A DNA stretch of 63,975 nucleotides, counting the filler, from Sluysia triapertura (lineage: Eukaryota): assembly GCA_046118255.1 (NCBI GenBank). It is 5 parts of 5 records of this genome, joined end to end, with 100 filler letters (N's around TTAATTAATTAA, not from the genome) between each part and the next. Parts side by side here need not be neighbours in the genome. Positions count along the whole stretch, not along the records: positions 35,607 to 53,110 come from JBJNIA010188277.1; positions 53,211 to 63,975 come from JBJNIA010193759.1; 3 more parts are not named here. One strand, given 5' to 3'. Below, in pieces: positions 43,307 to 55,160 of the stretch. Numbering within the stretch: position 1 is the first letter of the stretch; each line of letters starts with the position of its first letter. Position numbers and translations under genes: made by a program. The notes beneath the pieces were generated by a model. That model was not told where the DNA came from, did not search any database, and saw only the letters and a program-made list of their open reading frames with translations.

Positions 43307-44757
43307 TTAAAAGATTATTAATAAAATAAAAGACCTGAGATTATTTTTCTGTTGCATATCATCAAATAATGATGAATGACTAGAACTTTTTTGTGATTTT
43401 TGATAACATTTCTTCGGTTGATCATTTGTTAAAGACGTTAATGACGAATTCACTATTTGATTATGATATTGTGTCGATTTCGAAGTAGACAGTTGTAAAT
43501 CTTTGGAATTTGTTAGAGCTAATAAACCATTAGCCTTATTATCATTATTATTATCATTATTATTATTTTTATAAGAATCCAATGAATTAAACAAATGTTT
43601 TTTGTTTTCCAATTCTACATGGCATTTATTATTTTGCTCATTTATTTGTGATTCTGGTTCAGGATTTTTTAAATTATATGCTAAAGATTTCGATGATGAA
43701 CTGTGCAAAAGTAAATTAGGATTGGGTATAAAAAATTGTGTATCAATATCTAAATTAGATAAAGTATTTTTGTTTTTATTCGAAGTGCTACATTGATATA
43801 TTGGTAGAAAATGATTTTGTGAAATCATATGTTGATTACAATTGGTATCTTTGTGAAAGTTTGACATTTTGTTAGTTAACAATGCTGTTGTGTTAGTATC
43901 GTTTGGATGCAAAATAAAGTCGCAATTAGTTGAAATTTGATTATTTAATTTATTGTTTGATAACGAAAAATTATTACTGTTATTATTATTATTATTATTT
44001 GGTAATAATTTATTATTTAATATTTTTATCGGTACACTAGATTTAGCATAATTTGAACTGGATCTTTGACAACATAAACTTTTTAAACTTGTACTTTTGT
44101 ACCGTGAAGTTGTACTAAAATCATATCCATTAGTGTTACGGTAATTGTGTGCAGCGTTTAATTTATAAGTTTTATAGTACATTATAATAACGAGTAGTAT
44201 GATAGTGGTAATACTTATGGCAATAAGTGCTACTATAAATATTCTCGTTGTAGCTTGATCAAAAACTCGTGTTGTCAAAGAAACTGGTATTTCACAGTAA
44301 CGTCCAGTAAAATTTGGATCACAGATACACAAAACTGTAGTAGTTTCGTTTGTAACTAAACATTTACCATTATTTTGACAGGGACTGTCATATAAACAAC
44401 GAGGAATTTTATTTTTACATTGTGGACCAGTCCATCCTTTCAGACAAATACATTTATATAATCCGGGGGTGTCAATGCATTGTCCACGATGATTACATAA
44501 TGGATGATTATAGGAGTCATTAGTAAGAAAAGTACTACCAAGATGCTGATCACATTCATTGATATTTTGTGAACAGGTATCTCCAGTCCAACCAGCTTTA
44601 CAAACACAGCTGATTCTATTGGCACTGTCGACACAACGTGCATCATTTGCACATGATAATTTTTGACAGTCATTGTTATTTATTTGACAAAGATTTCCAG
44701 AGAATCCAACTGGACAGACACACTTATATCCACTGATTTTATCTATGCACCTGCCTC
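43307..44757 (-). CDS. Delta-like (Notch-ligand-type) EGF-repeat single-pass membrane protein, large 3' exon
   Basis: Acceptor ataattcAG|gaggcagg (phase 1); open frame GGRCIDKISGYKCVCPVGFSGNLCQ..DCQKLSCANDARCVD..CVCKAGWTGDTCSQNINEC..CICLKGWTGPQC..PCQNNGKC..CICDPNFTGRYCE (about 4 EGF repeats), TM IFIVALIAISITTIILLVIIMYY, Asn/Ser-rich tail; possible donor cag|gtcttt near 43334; DSL domain not in view. Confidence 0.8.
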
Positions 44758-45696
44758 CTGAATTATTATTATTGTTAATTAAAACAGTAAGAAAATTAAT
44801 TTAACACAATTAAAACATGCATTATTTATTATTTCAATATAATAAATATGTTTATTAATACTAATTTATGTAGCGCTAAAATAAATATCTTCAATATATT
44901 ATTCATTATAATATTTCTGTATCTTTAGTACATTTTTGAAACATAAATAATATATAATCTATCACTTATCTTATTATAACTGTGCATACATTTACATATA
45001 TTCATTTTGATTTCAGAATTTTTCAAAAAACATTCAAGACTTCAATTATATAAGTATCTATATATATTATCATTGTGACTTTTGAATCCTACTTTTGATT
45101 TTACTTTTTAATCAGTGTAATTTAATTGAAGAATTACACTGTCGAAAAATTGAGAATTAGTTTAGCTTATCTTTATTAACAAATTTTCTAAAACAAAAAA
45201 CCAAATATTATCAGAAAATATAATTTTAATATATTCTTTTAACTTTTAAAATCTGATAACAAATTTCTAAAAGCTTAAGTTGTAATTTTTCTATTTAACT
45301 TTCAACTAAATACAATATAAACTAAACTAAACACTTATTTAAAATTAATTTTTGAAAAAATAATAATAGAAAATTAAATCAATTTTAATTAATTAAATTC
45401 TTTGTTAATATTAATAACAAAAAAAACTTAAAAGAAAATTATATTATATTAATAAAAATGGACAATAATAATAACAAATGAAAATAATAGAAAAATCCAA
45501 AAACAATAACAAAGACAAAAAACAAACAAAAGAAATAACATAATAGCTAAATTAAATCTTGAACTTTATCCAAAAGCAAAAATATAAAAAGACAAAAATA
45601 TAATAGACAATAAAAAAGAAAATGAAACTGCATATACAAATTTAATAAAACAATAAATGATGAAATTAAGAAGAAAGTAATAATAAGAAAAATATT

Positions 45697-45712
45697 AATA
45701 ATAATAATAATA

Positions 45713-45765
<53 letters not shown>
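45697..45765. repeat. (AAT)n microsatellite
   Basis: Direct reading. Confidence 0.95.
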
Positions 45766-47044
45766 CTATGATCCATTTAGCTCATTTATAAAACATAAGT
45801 AATATTAACAATCACTTTTAATTTAAACAATAGGTGTATCGACATTAAGCATTTTTGTTAATGTTCATTGTTATTATTAAAAAATGCTTATTCAACAAAA
45901 TCTTAAATATCTTGATTTTTTTAACAGATATCCGTAAATAACGATAAAAAATGTCGACTTTTATTTACTATTATATGTATATACACATATACACACATAA
46001 TCATAAAATTTTATTGTTTTTTTTTGTTAACAAAATCTAACAGAGATGTTCTTTTTTTATTACTCGGATTTGTCGAGCCATTTCAATAAAAAGCTGACTT
46101 TATAACATAAGAACGATTATAACAGATTAGTATGTGCTATAAGAAACACTCCTTGAACAAATTTAACAGCTGTCTTAACAACAAAGATTGACTAGAAAAA
46201 ATTGAAAATGAATGGCATCAATCTTGCAAACATACGAATAATACAAAATCAACATAAAAACTTTAAAATAAAATAACAATATACAAGAAAATAAATGATT
46301 ACCGAAAATATTAAATCTACACAATAATAATAATTATATGAAAAATCTGAGTCGAATACCAATACCATTGCTTTGTCGCAGTAAAGGAAATTGTTAATGA
46401 TCATAAAATAGATTTCTTAATTGTTTGTTGATACCATGGAAAAAAATGTCCAATTCTTGAATCATATTATTCATTTCACTAACCCATTCACTGTCAACCA
46501 CGAAGTATACACTTATAACTTGTGGAGCTTGCAAACCTTTTTGTGGCCACAAACATAAATATACTTGAAAAAAAACTACAAATAAATCGCTTTAACCAAT
46601 TGTTTATCTTGAAAAAATTAAAATGAGATAAACAATAACAATCAAAACAGAAATGGCAAAACGAAAGAGTGTGAAAGGTTAGACAACGTTGATAAGGTCG
46701 GAGAAAGTGATCACGGTGGACTAAAAGTAATATCAATAATAATTTATTGTAATTTTATTATATTATAATTTATTTAAATTAGTGTATATTACATAAATTA
46801 TATATTATTTAAGTAATAGAAAAATATATTATATTTTATTTAGATTATTATATGTTGGTGTAATATGTGGTGAATGTTTGTGATAGATTGTATTAGGAGT
46901 TTATGTATGAGTTGAACACTACACCACTTAATTTAAGACTTTAATGACACTTAATATTATTTTGATACACCAAATACAAAACCATATTATCATTTTTACA
47001 ACTTTTGTACATTTGAAATAATCCTGTCAAATTATTAGACTAAA

Positions 47045-47358
47045 GACCGACACAATCAGGGTGAAACCTATCATTAAGTGGTCTTGTCATCAAATACTTG
47101 AAAGGACGACTCGTCACTAAAACACACTTAACTCCAGTCATCCTCAGTTAAATGTTGGTGTTGCTTAGCCTATGCCAGCTTTCAACTTATACTTTCTTCT
47201 TGGTCGTCTCGCTCGCAAACCATTGTCTACAAGTCTCCGTCTGACTGTTCTGGCACTAACGTTAATTCCGTAAGTCTCTAACTGCTTCTGCAAAGTCATG
47301 TTGGTAGCTTTACGATTCATCGTAAAAAGCTTCACCAAACAGCTATCATTTCTCGTGA
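47045..47358 (-). mobile_element. Tc1-family transposase fragment
   Basis: NRKATNMTLQKQLETYGINVSARTVRRRLVDNGLRARRPRRK ... KQHQHLTEDDWS*VCFSDESSF (Tc1 HTH and FSDES motif). Confidence 0.9.
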
Positions 47359-48699
47359 TTTAGAACATATCTTAAACATTTAATAATGAGTAAATATTAA
47401 GAAAACATATAAAACAACTATATATTTTGGAATACTTTACAATCTTTCACTTATTTTGCATTATATATTATAACTGATTAAACATTCTATCATAAATAAT
47501 TTAATTACATAAATTAAATAATAATAAAAATAATTTATCTAATTGTATCTATTTGTATAACAATAATTATATTTGTCTTTATTATATTTTTATTGAAATA
47601 TGAACCTTCAACATTACAAGATGAAATTAAGATATTTCATATTTTATTAGTAGATACCCTGCATATATAACTTGGTGAGTGTATGTTACAAATGAATATT
47701 ACTAGAATTAACTTCACGAACCACAATGATGATAATCTTCTTTTGAATCAACCTGGTTTATATCCATACGCTCGAAGTAGTAGCAAGTATACCAGTCTAT
47801 CACTATGATCATTACTCAGTACCTGATATCTTGTAGTTACATTGGTGTAAGGACTTATATTTTGAACTTATATATATAATCGAACAAGCGAATGAATCTT
47901 TGCAATTTAGCAAACTTTTTCCGATGTTGAAAGTACATGCTTTACAAAGAAACATGTTGGACCGAGGGTGATTAACGAATAAGAGAAAGGCTTTATTGGT
48001 AAGCTGGCACAAGGATATATTTTCAAGTTATTTTCAAGGTATTGTCTTCAGGACGAGCTACGTAGTAATCGCACATATCTGTTAGAATTGTAAGACATAA
48101 AATCTTATTAATATTTTCATATACTTTAAAATCAAGTCTTACTAAGATGAAGTCATTATTAGAAATGTTTCGTCACGAATCGTGTTTATTATCAAGTCGA
48201 GTATTGATGTTGCAACTGTTATTAGTATTTTATTTCGTAAGACTTTATTATTTTATTTCAACTAGTCTTCAGATTAGATTTATTTCACGATTGAATTTTC
48301 TCTTATCATTCATTGTGTTTACAATTTCTGGGCGCGGTATTTCGAAGAGTGTATCTTTCCAATTTCAGATTTGTAATTGTTTTCAGATAATATTAAGGGT
48401 ATTCAAAATTTATATTATTTTTTATAATAATGAAATACTTTAATTAATCGAACTCATATTTTCTCCAATATTTAAATCTTCTAACCTTTTAAAATCATTT
48501 ACATAAAAAGAACTCAATAAAAAATCAATAGTGTGGAGAGACACTATGATATATCTAAAAGATTTTTCAATAATAAAAAATTCACAATACAAATAAAGTC
48601 TGATTCATTCTGAAAAAGCAACTTTACTCTTACGCCCCAATTGCAATTTTATAATTGAAGAATATTATAGACAAAATTTCCAAAATGTAAAGAACCAAC

Positions 48700-48951
48700 T
48701 TGGAACCTTTGTTTTTACCCAGTCATCTTGAATATCCATACGATTTTCGTGTTCATAAGGACCAATTAGAAGTCCCTTTTTTTCCTGACGACAGTAATAT
48801 GAACCTTCTAGATCCCGTAATACAGGAAATTCTGTTTTTAAAGCACTAACTTCGGGTATTTCTTTGGTAATGAAATATTGGTGATGGATGGGAATAGTTG
48901 GAACATAATGTTTGAATCCGGCCATTTCGCAAACCTCGTTGGCATAGAAAC
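48700..48951 (-). CDS. DMGDH: Lone internal exon of dimethylglycine dehydrogenase (252 bp, phase 1-1)
   Basis: GFYANEVCEMAG...[56 protein letters not shown]..VP matches DMGDH ([26 protein letters not shown]); acceptor tctcAG|gtttc, likely donor ccaa|GTtggt; no other DMGDH exon seen. Confidence 0.85.
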
Positions 48952-48994
48952 CTGAGATAATAATGACCAAACAATCAATAAGAACTTTACACAA

Positions 48995-49520
48995 TGAAAA
49001 AATTATTAATAAAGAAACAGCTAAACTTATTCAACATAGATTTTAACAATGGTTTATTGTACTCAATTTCATATAGAAAAGTGAGAAAATTACAATGACT
49101 AATTCTCCAAGTTGGAAGATCTCACGTAACCCCTTATCTTAAGGAATTACATTGGTTGCCAATAAAAAAGCAAGAATAGAGTTCAAACTCATGACAATAA
49201 TTTACAAAAGCTTACATTACGCAGGTGTTGAATATCTTTTAGAAATAATAAAAAATTTGAAAACCGAGAACATTTCATTGAGACATAATAATAATCTATA
49301 CAGAATCCACAGTGATAATAAGACCTAGATGATAGGTTGTATATCGTTTGTTTCAAAAATATACAACAAATTACTGGAATATTATGAAATATTTAAGAAA
49401 AAGCAAAGTTGTTTCTGTTTCAGAAATATTATAATGAATGATTTATATTAAGCGCTTTTGAATACTTACTTTGCAGTAGATATGAGCGCAATATAAATTA
49501 ATATATTATTATTATTATTA
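48995..49520 (+). mobile_element. 5'-truncated L2 LINE, same family as 7438-8950
   Basis: INKETAKLI, GRSHVTPYLKELHWLP, RIEFKLMTIIYKSLH; shares ccacagtgataataag and the 3' end gcagtagatatgagcgcaatataaatt plus (ATT)n tail. Confidence 0.85.
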
Positions 49521-50699
49521 AAAAAAGAAATATTTTATTTAATTTATATAAAATATTATAAATAATCAATTGTAAATAATCAATGTAACAGTAATAATGC
49601 ATCATTAATCATTATTAGTTATTGCCGAAAATGACTCATCTGTTGTTTATTAATTTGGATAGAAAATTTTTTGACTAGAAAAGTTTAATATTATAGAAAA
49701 TGCGATTGTGTGATGGACAAATAAATGACACTTATTATTTTCGAGGATATTTTCTAGAATAGTATATCAACATTCTACTTTTCTACACGACACAGAACAC
49801 AGTTCAGTTATTTGGAGAGTAGAATAAATATGCGATATTTTATTTAATTGATATTTAAACTCTTTAACAATACAATTAATATTTTCCTCTATGATCAGTT
49901 TTGCTTCGCATCTAGTGTGTCTTACCACCTACAATTAACGTTGCAGTTAAAAAAGCACTATAACTAGTCTAAAGTAGAAAAACAAATTATAAACCATTGT
50001 TGCTAAAGCAAAGAGAAAAACCCATAATTTATAAATGCAACTATTAATTGTACAAAAAATAAATCGATTATCCAGATAAAATAAATCTCGATTTTGTTTA
50101 TTTTGTTGTTATTCTGATAAACAATAATCAAATAAATATAAACAATATGAAAATGAAACATTAATCATATTTATTATAATTAAATAAGTAAACAAACTTA
50201 TTATTGTTTTGTTGAAATTGTCTATAAATAAATGTCAAGCATATTTCATGTTTGATGAATGAGGAAACGATCGATTTAACAAAGAGTTACTCAATTACAA
50301 TAATTAATTTATTATTATTGCTGTTGTTTTTATTTTTGAGTAGGCTCCGATTACAGAAAACGTCTTCTGTCGTGAAGATGGCGTTTCTGTAACTATTTAA
50401 GCTAATATTTCATCTGAAGAGTAATAGGGTCTTAACAAATTTATTCAAAATTTTAATAATTTTCAATAATTAAATAGAAACAATATACAAAAATTTTATA
50501 GCAATAATAAGACAAATGATGATAAAATAAAAGAAAAATATTTTAAATATTAAAGTTCCAAGAGCGTTTAATCTAATGTCTATATTATTTTAAGTATATA
50601 TCACCCCTCACTATATCGGGACTTAATAATTAAATTTAATTGAAAATTTAAGTAAGATTTTATAATTGAAATTGATCTTAGAAATATATATTTTACCAA

Positions 50700-50800
50700 T
50701 GATGATGATAATGATGATGATGATGATGATGTTGATGATGGAAAATGATGATGATGATGATAATGATGATGGAAAATGATGATGATGATGATGGAAAATG
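50700..50800. repeat. (GAT)n-rich microsatellite with ggaaaat interruptions, abutting gap
   Basis: Direct reading. Confidence 0.9.
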
Positions 50801-50961
50801 NNNNNNNNNNNNNNNNNNNNNNNNNNNNNNNNNNNNNNNNNNNNNNNNNNNNNNNNNNNNNNNNNNNNNNNNNNNNNNNNNNNNNNNNNNNNNNNNNNNN
50901 NNNNNNNNNNNNNNNNNNNNNNNNNNNNNNNNNNNNNNNNNNNNNNNNNNNNNNNNNNNNN
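50801..50961. other. Assembly gap (161 N)
   Basis: Plain N run. Confidence 0.98.
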
Positions 50962-52014
50962 ATGTCGTTCATAATTAAATTCAAACAACAAATAAGTAAA
51001 TACAAAATTGGGAAGTACGACAATTATTTAGCATGTTTATCAATATTATAACTTTATTTAATTGCACAATAATTAGAAATAGTATAACTAATATTCAATA
51101 TTTTGAATTTCAAGTATAATATTATAAATTTACAAGTTTATATTCATACATCCATTTTATATTCATTTTTAAGCAAATTAGTGATGTTATTTGTTTTTAT
51201 GATCCTGGAATAGAGGTTCAATCAGTGCCGTCATTTTATTTCATTCTGCAGTTTCTATAACAGTTGTAATTAAAAATTTACAATTCTTGCGACAAAAAGA
51301 AAGTTACGAAAGTTAGATTTAATCATTATATTAGTGACTGAGCTGTAATCGGACACAGGACCTCTTGCTTCACAGTTATGCAGTTCGATGAATTGAATTT
51401 AAAAGTTCTATTTTACAACAAAAACAAATACGTACATAATCAAATAATATGATGCAATAAATATAAATAAATGGATCATATTTATGTAAAAAGTAGTTAA
51501 TGTAATAAAGCTTGTACTGATATGATTGTCTAATTATGAAATTTTTCTTCGTGTTGCTGTTGGTGATAATGAAAATGTTAATAATTGTTGTGAAGCCAGC
51601 AAGAACAAACATACTATAAAAAGATATATTGAGATGAGTGAAGTGAAAAAGTATAGAAAGAATGATATTAAATCACAATCAAACCAATGATAAATCGCAG
51701 ACATACAATTAAGTGGGTGAAATAAAGAAATGAGAATATAGGAAAATAAAGAAGGGAAAAATAAAAATAAAAGAATAGAAGAAAGAAATGAAAAGGAGAA
51801 GAAAAAGAGGGAAATGAAAATGAAAATGAAGATGTGAAAGAGATAGATTATTATTTACAAAGACTTAATTCCCCAAGATTAAAAAACCCCAAGATGGAGG
51901 ATAAATAAACTCATTGAAGTACCAAGATTAAATCACTTATGACAATATTATTTATGTGGGATATTTGACAGAATGGTCCTTGTAGATATTCAATGAAGAG
52001 TTTGATACACTGAT

Positions 52015-52130
52015 GTGCTAAACTGAGCTATCAGCCCCGTCAACACTTGTTTTATTATAGTCAATTACACTATCATTAATCTATGGCACTGTAGCCCTGT
52101 GCACTCCAGAAGTGTACTACTAGAATATTG
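52015..52130 (-). repeat. Repeat with a tRNA-like 5' half (A-box); second copy starts at 53211
   Basis: Minus GGGGCTGATAGCTCAGTTTAGCAC (52015-52038); plus atcagccccgtc...caatta(c/t)act...ggcact recurs at 53211-53270; no B-box or full cloverleaf. Confidence 0.5.
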
Positions 52131-52560
52131 TGCAGTTTATAAAAACAAACAAAGAAAAATACGTGATCAACACAATGTTGCTATTATCTAAAATATTTCA
52201 AACATAAAATTTCACAACATCAAAATCATAATCAACATCGCAAATCATACAACATCCATACCATGTTAAAAATCAGAAAGTTCAATGAAATTATAATTAC
52301 GAATTTAAAATTCAAAATTTATGAGTGTGTATTTGTGACATTTTGTTATTTGAATTAGTTTTAAATACATAAAATACATAAACACACATTGATCTGAATT
52401 TAAGAATTGGTATTTTAAAAATGAGTCGTCACAAATAATCAATATTTATTTTGAATATATAATCTTAATATTAAATTTTTAAATCTTTCAAATTAATGTT
52501 TAAGGAATTTCAAATTAAATTTTAAAGGTACAATATCTTCCAAGTTAGTGATTTTATTAT

Positions 52561-52770
52561 TTTAATGTATTTCATTATTATTTTATTTAAATTATTAAAA
52601 TTATTATTAACATTTGACAAATTTAATGTATTTTATTATTATTTTATTTAAATTATTTATTATTAATTATCATTAAAATTATTATGGATATTTGACAAAT
52701 TTTATTTAATGTATTTTATTATTCTATTAATTTTATTTCATTATTATTATTAAAATTATTATTAACATTT
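52561..52770. repeat. Imperfect AT-rich tandem repeat (about 3 x 60-80 bp)
   Basis: tttaatgtattttattatt...attaaaattattattaacattt recurs three times. Confidence 0.75.
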
Positions 52771-53110
52771 CTATTAAAATTTTAAAAACATTTTTGTTTA
52801 AAAAATTCAAAAATGACCTTCTAAAAAATTGGGTATATATACCCTAACAATTAGCATAAAGGACACAACAAAAAAAAGACATTTTTAAGAAATCTCGTTT
52901 GATCTTATAAATTTTACGAACATTAACCTCTGCGACATTAGCGCGAGTTATTCAATCATCACTTCTCATTGGCATAATTACTTCAGCAGTGTCCAGCATT
53001 ATCTACTCCACAATTCTTAGCTCACATATATACATAATTACGTTAGTTATTTCTTTTAAGTATTGCAAATCGAATTTGCTAAGTAAATTACAACTTAAAA
53101 TCCCTATTAA

Positions 53111-53210
53111 NNNNNNNNNNNNNNNNNNNNNNNNNNNNNNNNNNNNNNNNNNNNTTAATTAATTAANNNNNNNNNNNNNNNNNNNNNNNNNNNNNNNNNN
53201 NNNNNNNNNN
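53111..53210. other. Assembly spacer 44N-TTAATTAATTAA-44N
   Basis: Same structure as 12397. Confidence 0.97.
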
Positions 53211-54856
53211 ATCAGCCCCGTCTAACAATTTCATTTTCAATATATTCAATTATACTACTTGGCACTTTTAGGCCTTTTACCCCAACAGTATTATTATTAG
53301 TATTATTTATTATTTTGTTAATTATTTGTTATTATTAAAATCATTATTAATATATTTTTTAATTCTTAATTTCTTAAACAAATCTCTAATACTTTAAACA
53401 AATCAATTCTTCAAATAAATATCGGTTAAGGTTATCATTCATTTGCTATAAAAGTCACGTAAAATTAAACAAAAAACACACAACACAATAACCACAAGAT
53501 TTTTTCAAGAAACTTATGGAATCCTCTTAATTTTATTCGGCGATTAATTGGAATCACATTCGAACTTTTCTTCAACGATTATTTGAAGTACATCTGATAC
53601 TTTCCTCGATGATTATTTTGGACGATATTTGATTTTTCTTGGGAATACACTTATAATTCATTGTTGTAACCGTTAATTTGTTTTCCATAAGTTTTCTTCA
53701 ATTTTAATAGATTGTAAACTTTATACATAATGATTAGTTTAAATTTTTGTAACAATCCCCTTTTTAAGAGGGAGGTAATTAATTAATCAAAAATTATATT
53801 ATAATCTTTGTTAAAATATTCATATACTTATTATATATATCTTTTATAAAAAACCATTTTGCATAATTTTTAATTAATATACCTTTTATTCTTACTTGAT
53901 TTCACTAATTAATTAATGCAAGGTCGACGATTTTATTCCATCGTAAAATCCAGGTAAAATTTTATAAAGAAAAATAAAAAGATTAAAGAAATACGGTTGT
54001 AAAATCGACTTAAATTATTTTGAAATTTTTGATATTTTAAATTTTTAAGAAAAAATTAACTAGCCTTGCCCCTAAACAAAAAACCCAAATCGAAATTAAA
54101 CAAAATTAACTAAGATTGTTATAACCTTTAAAATGAAAGAACTAAGTTCATTTTTAACAGTTAAAGACTAAGTTAATATTGAATAAAATTCATTAACTTT
54201 GCCTAAAGGATTTTGTTCATTTTAAAGAGCAGATTTTTAACTTTTAAATTAAAGAGTCGATACTAGTTTTACGTAGAATAAAGTAACCTAGGAAAGTATA
54301 ATTGACTTAATATCAGCTTAGTATACCTGCATATAAGTTCTAAAATACTACTTACAACTTAGCCCTTAGTCTAAGATTATAAGGACTCACAGCAAAGAAT
54401 AAGTATAAATTAAAAAAAATTTTCACTACTACTTTCTTACGTAAATAACTTTATACTTATTTATTTATTATTTATGCCAACAAAAATATCACTTATAAAT
54501 AATTAACAATAATAATAATTGTGTGGAGGGCGAAAAATATTTTATTTTACGCAATTTATCGTTATTTTTATTTAGTTTTAAATTTTTATCACAAATAATT
54601 TCAATTAAACAAAACTTAATTAGACAAAACATTTTAACTTAAATTCAACTAGATGTAACAAAATAGGCTTAAGGCCTGTAACAATTAAGAAATTTAACAA
54701 AACTACAAAATTTGTTATTTTATTGATTATAAACGTATAAAAACGATAAAACAAGAAAAATGTTAATAATAAACCTAGCTCGATCTTCAATAACTTAAAT
54801 ACATGATAATGTGACACTGTTTTACGTATTGTTTGCGATTGCACCATGGATTTTGT

Positions 54857-55160
54857 AACTATATTTGTACATGCAAGACGATCTGGAAATTCTTCTACAA
54901 TTTTACTAATTAATGTCTCCGTTCCAACACCAATACCATCACAAAGAACATCCACTACTTGAAATCCTTGCAAACATTCACAATTTTTTGATTCTTTACG
55001 AACAACTTCGACGACACTATCAATTAATTCTGTTCTATCAGTATAGTATCCTTTAGCCCAATTGTTTTCAGCCTGAGTATTTCCAAATATGGAATTATAA
55101 GGTCGAAATAAATTACAGACTCACACGTTTTAAAGAATCCATTGTTCCGGGTTCTAAATC
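54857..55160 (-). pseudogene. TUBB: Beta-tubulin fragment (about aa 67-170), frameshifted, fused to the TCP1 fragment
   Basis: DLEPGTMDS, frameshift, then LFRPYNSIFGNTQAENNWAKGYYTDRTELIDSVVEVVRKESKNCECLQGFQ...TLISKIVEEFPDR; the GGGTGSG motif is degraded to CDGIGVG. Confidence 0.92.

Noticed and set aside
46340-48070. GC-richer, coding-looking patches at 46340-46560 and 47650-48070 (similar ones at 13900-14340, 16150-16800, 22780-23080, 62950-63170)
   Set aside because: Multiple stops in the frames I checked and no family I recognise; blastx would be needed
10825-50430. Hammerhead ribozyme cores (CTGAnGA...GAAA at ~10825, 17070, 42133, 48045 minus, 50414)
   Set aside because: No convincing stem II or stem I/III pairing around any core
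50601-51051. Four ORFs spanning the N gap
   Set aside because: Open only because of Ns and the (GAT)n repeat
12441-53166. Recurrent TTAATTAATTAA as a biological repeat or CRISPR-like array
   Set aside because: Always centred in a fixed 100-bp N block; an assembly linker
54620-54856. 3' half of ORF 54620-54973 as continued tubulin
   Set aside because: Similarity ends after PDRLACTNIV; the remainder is AT-rich read-through
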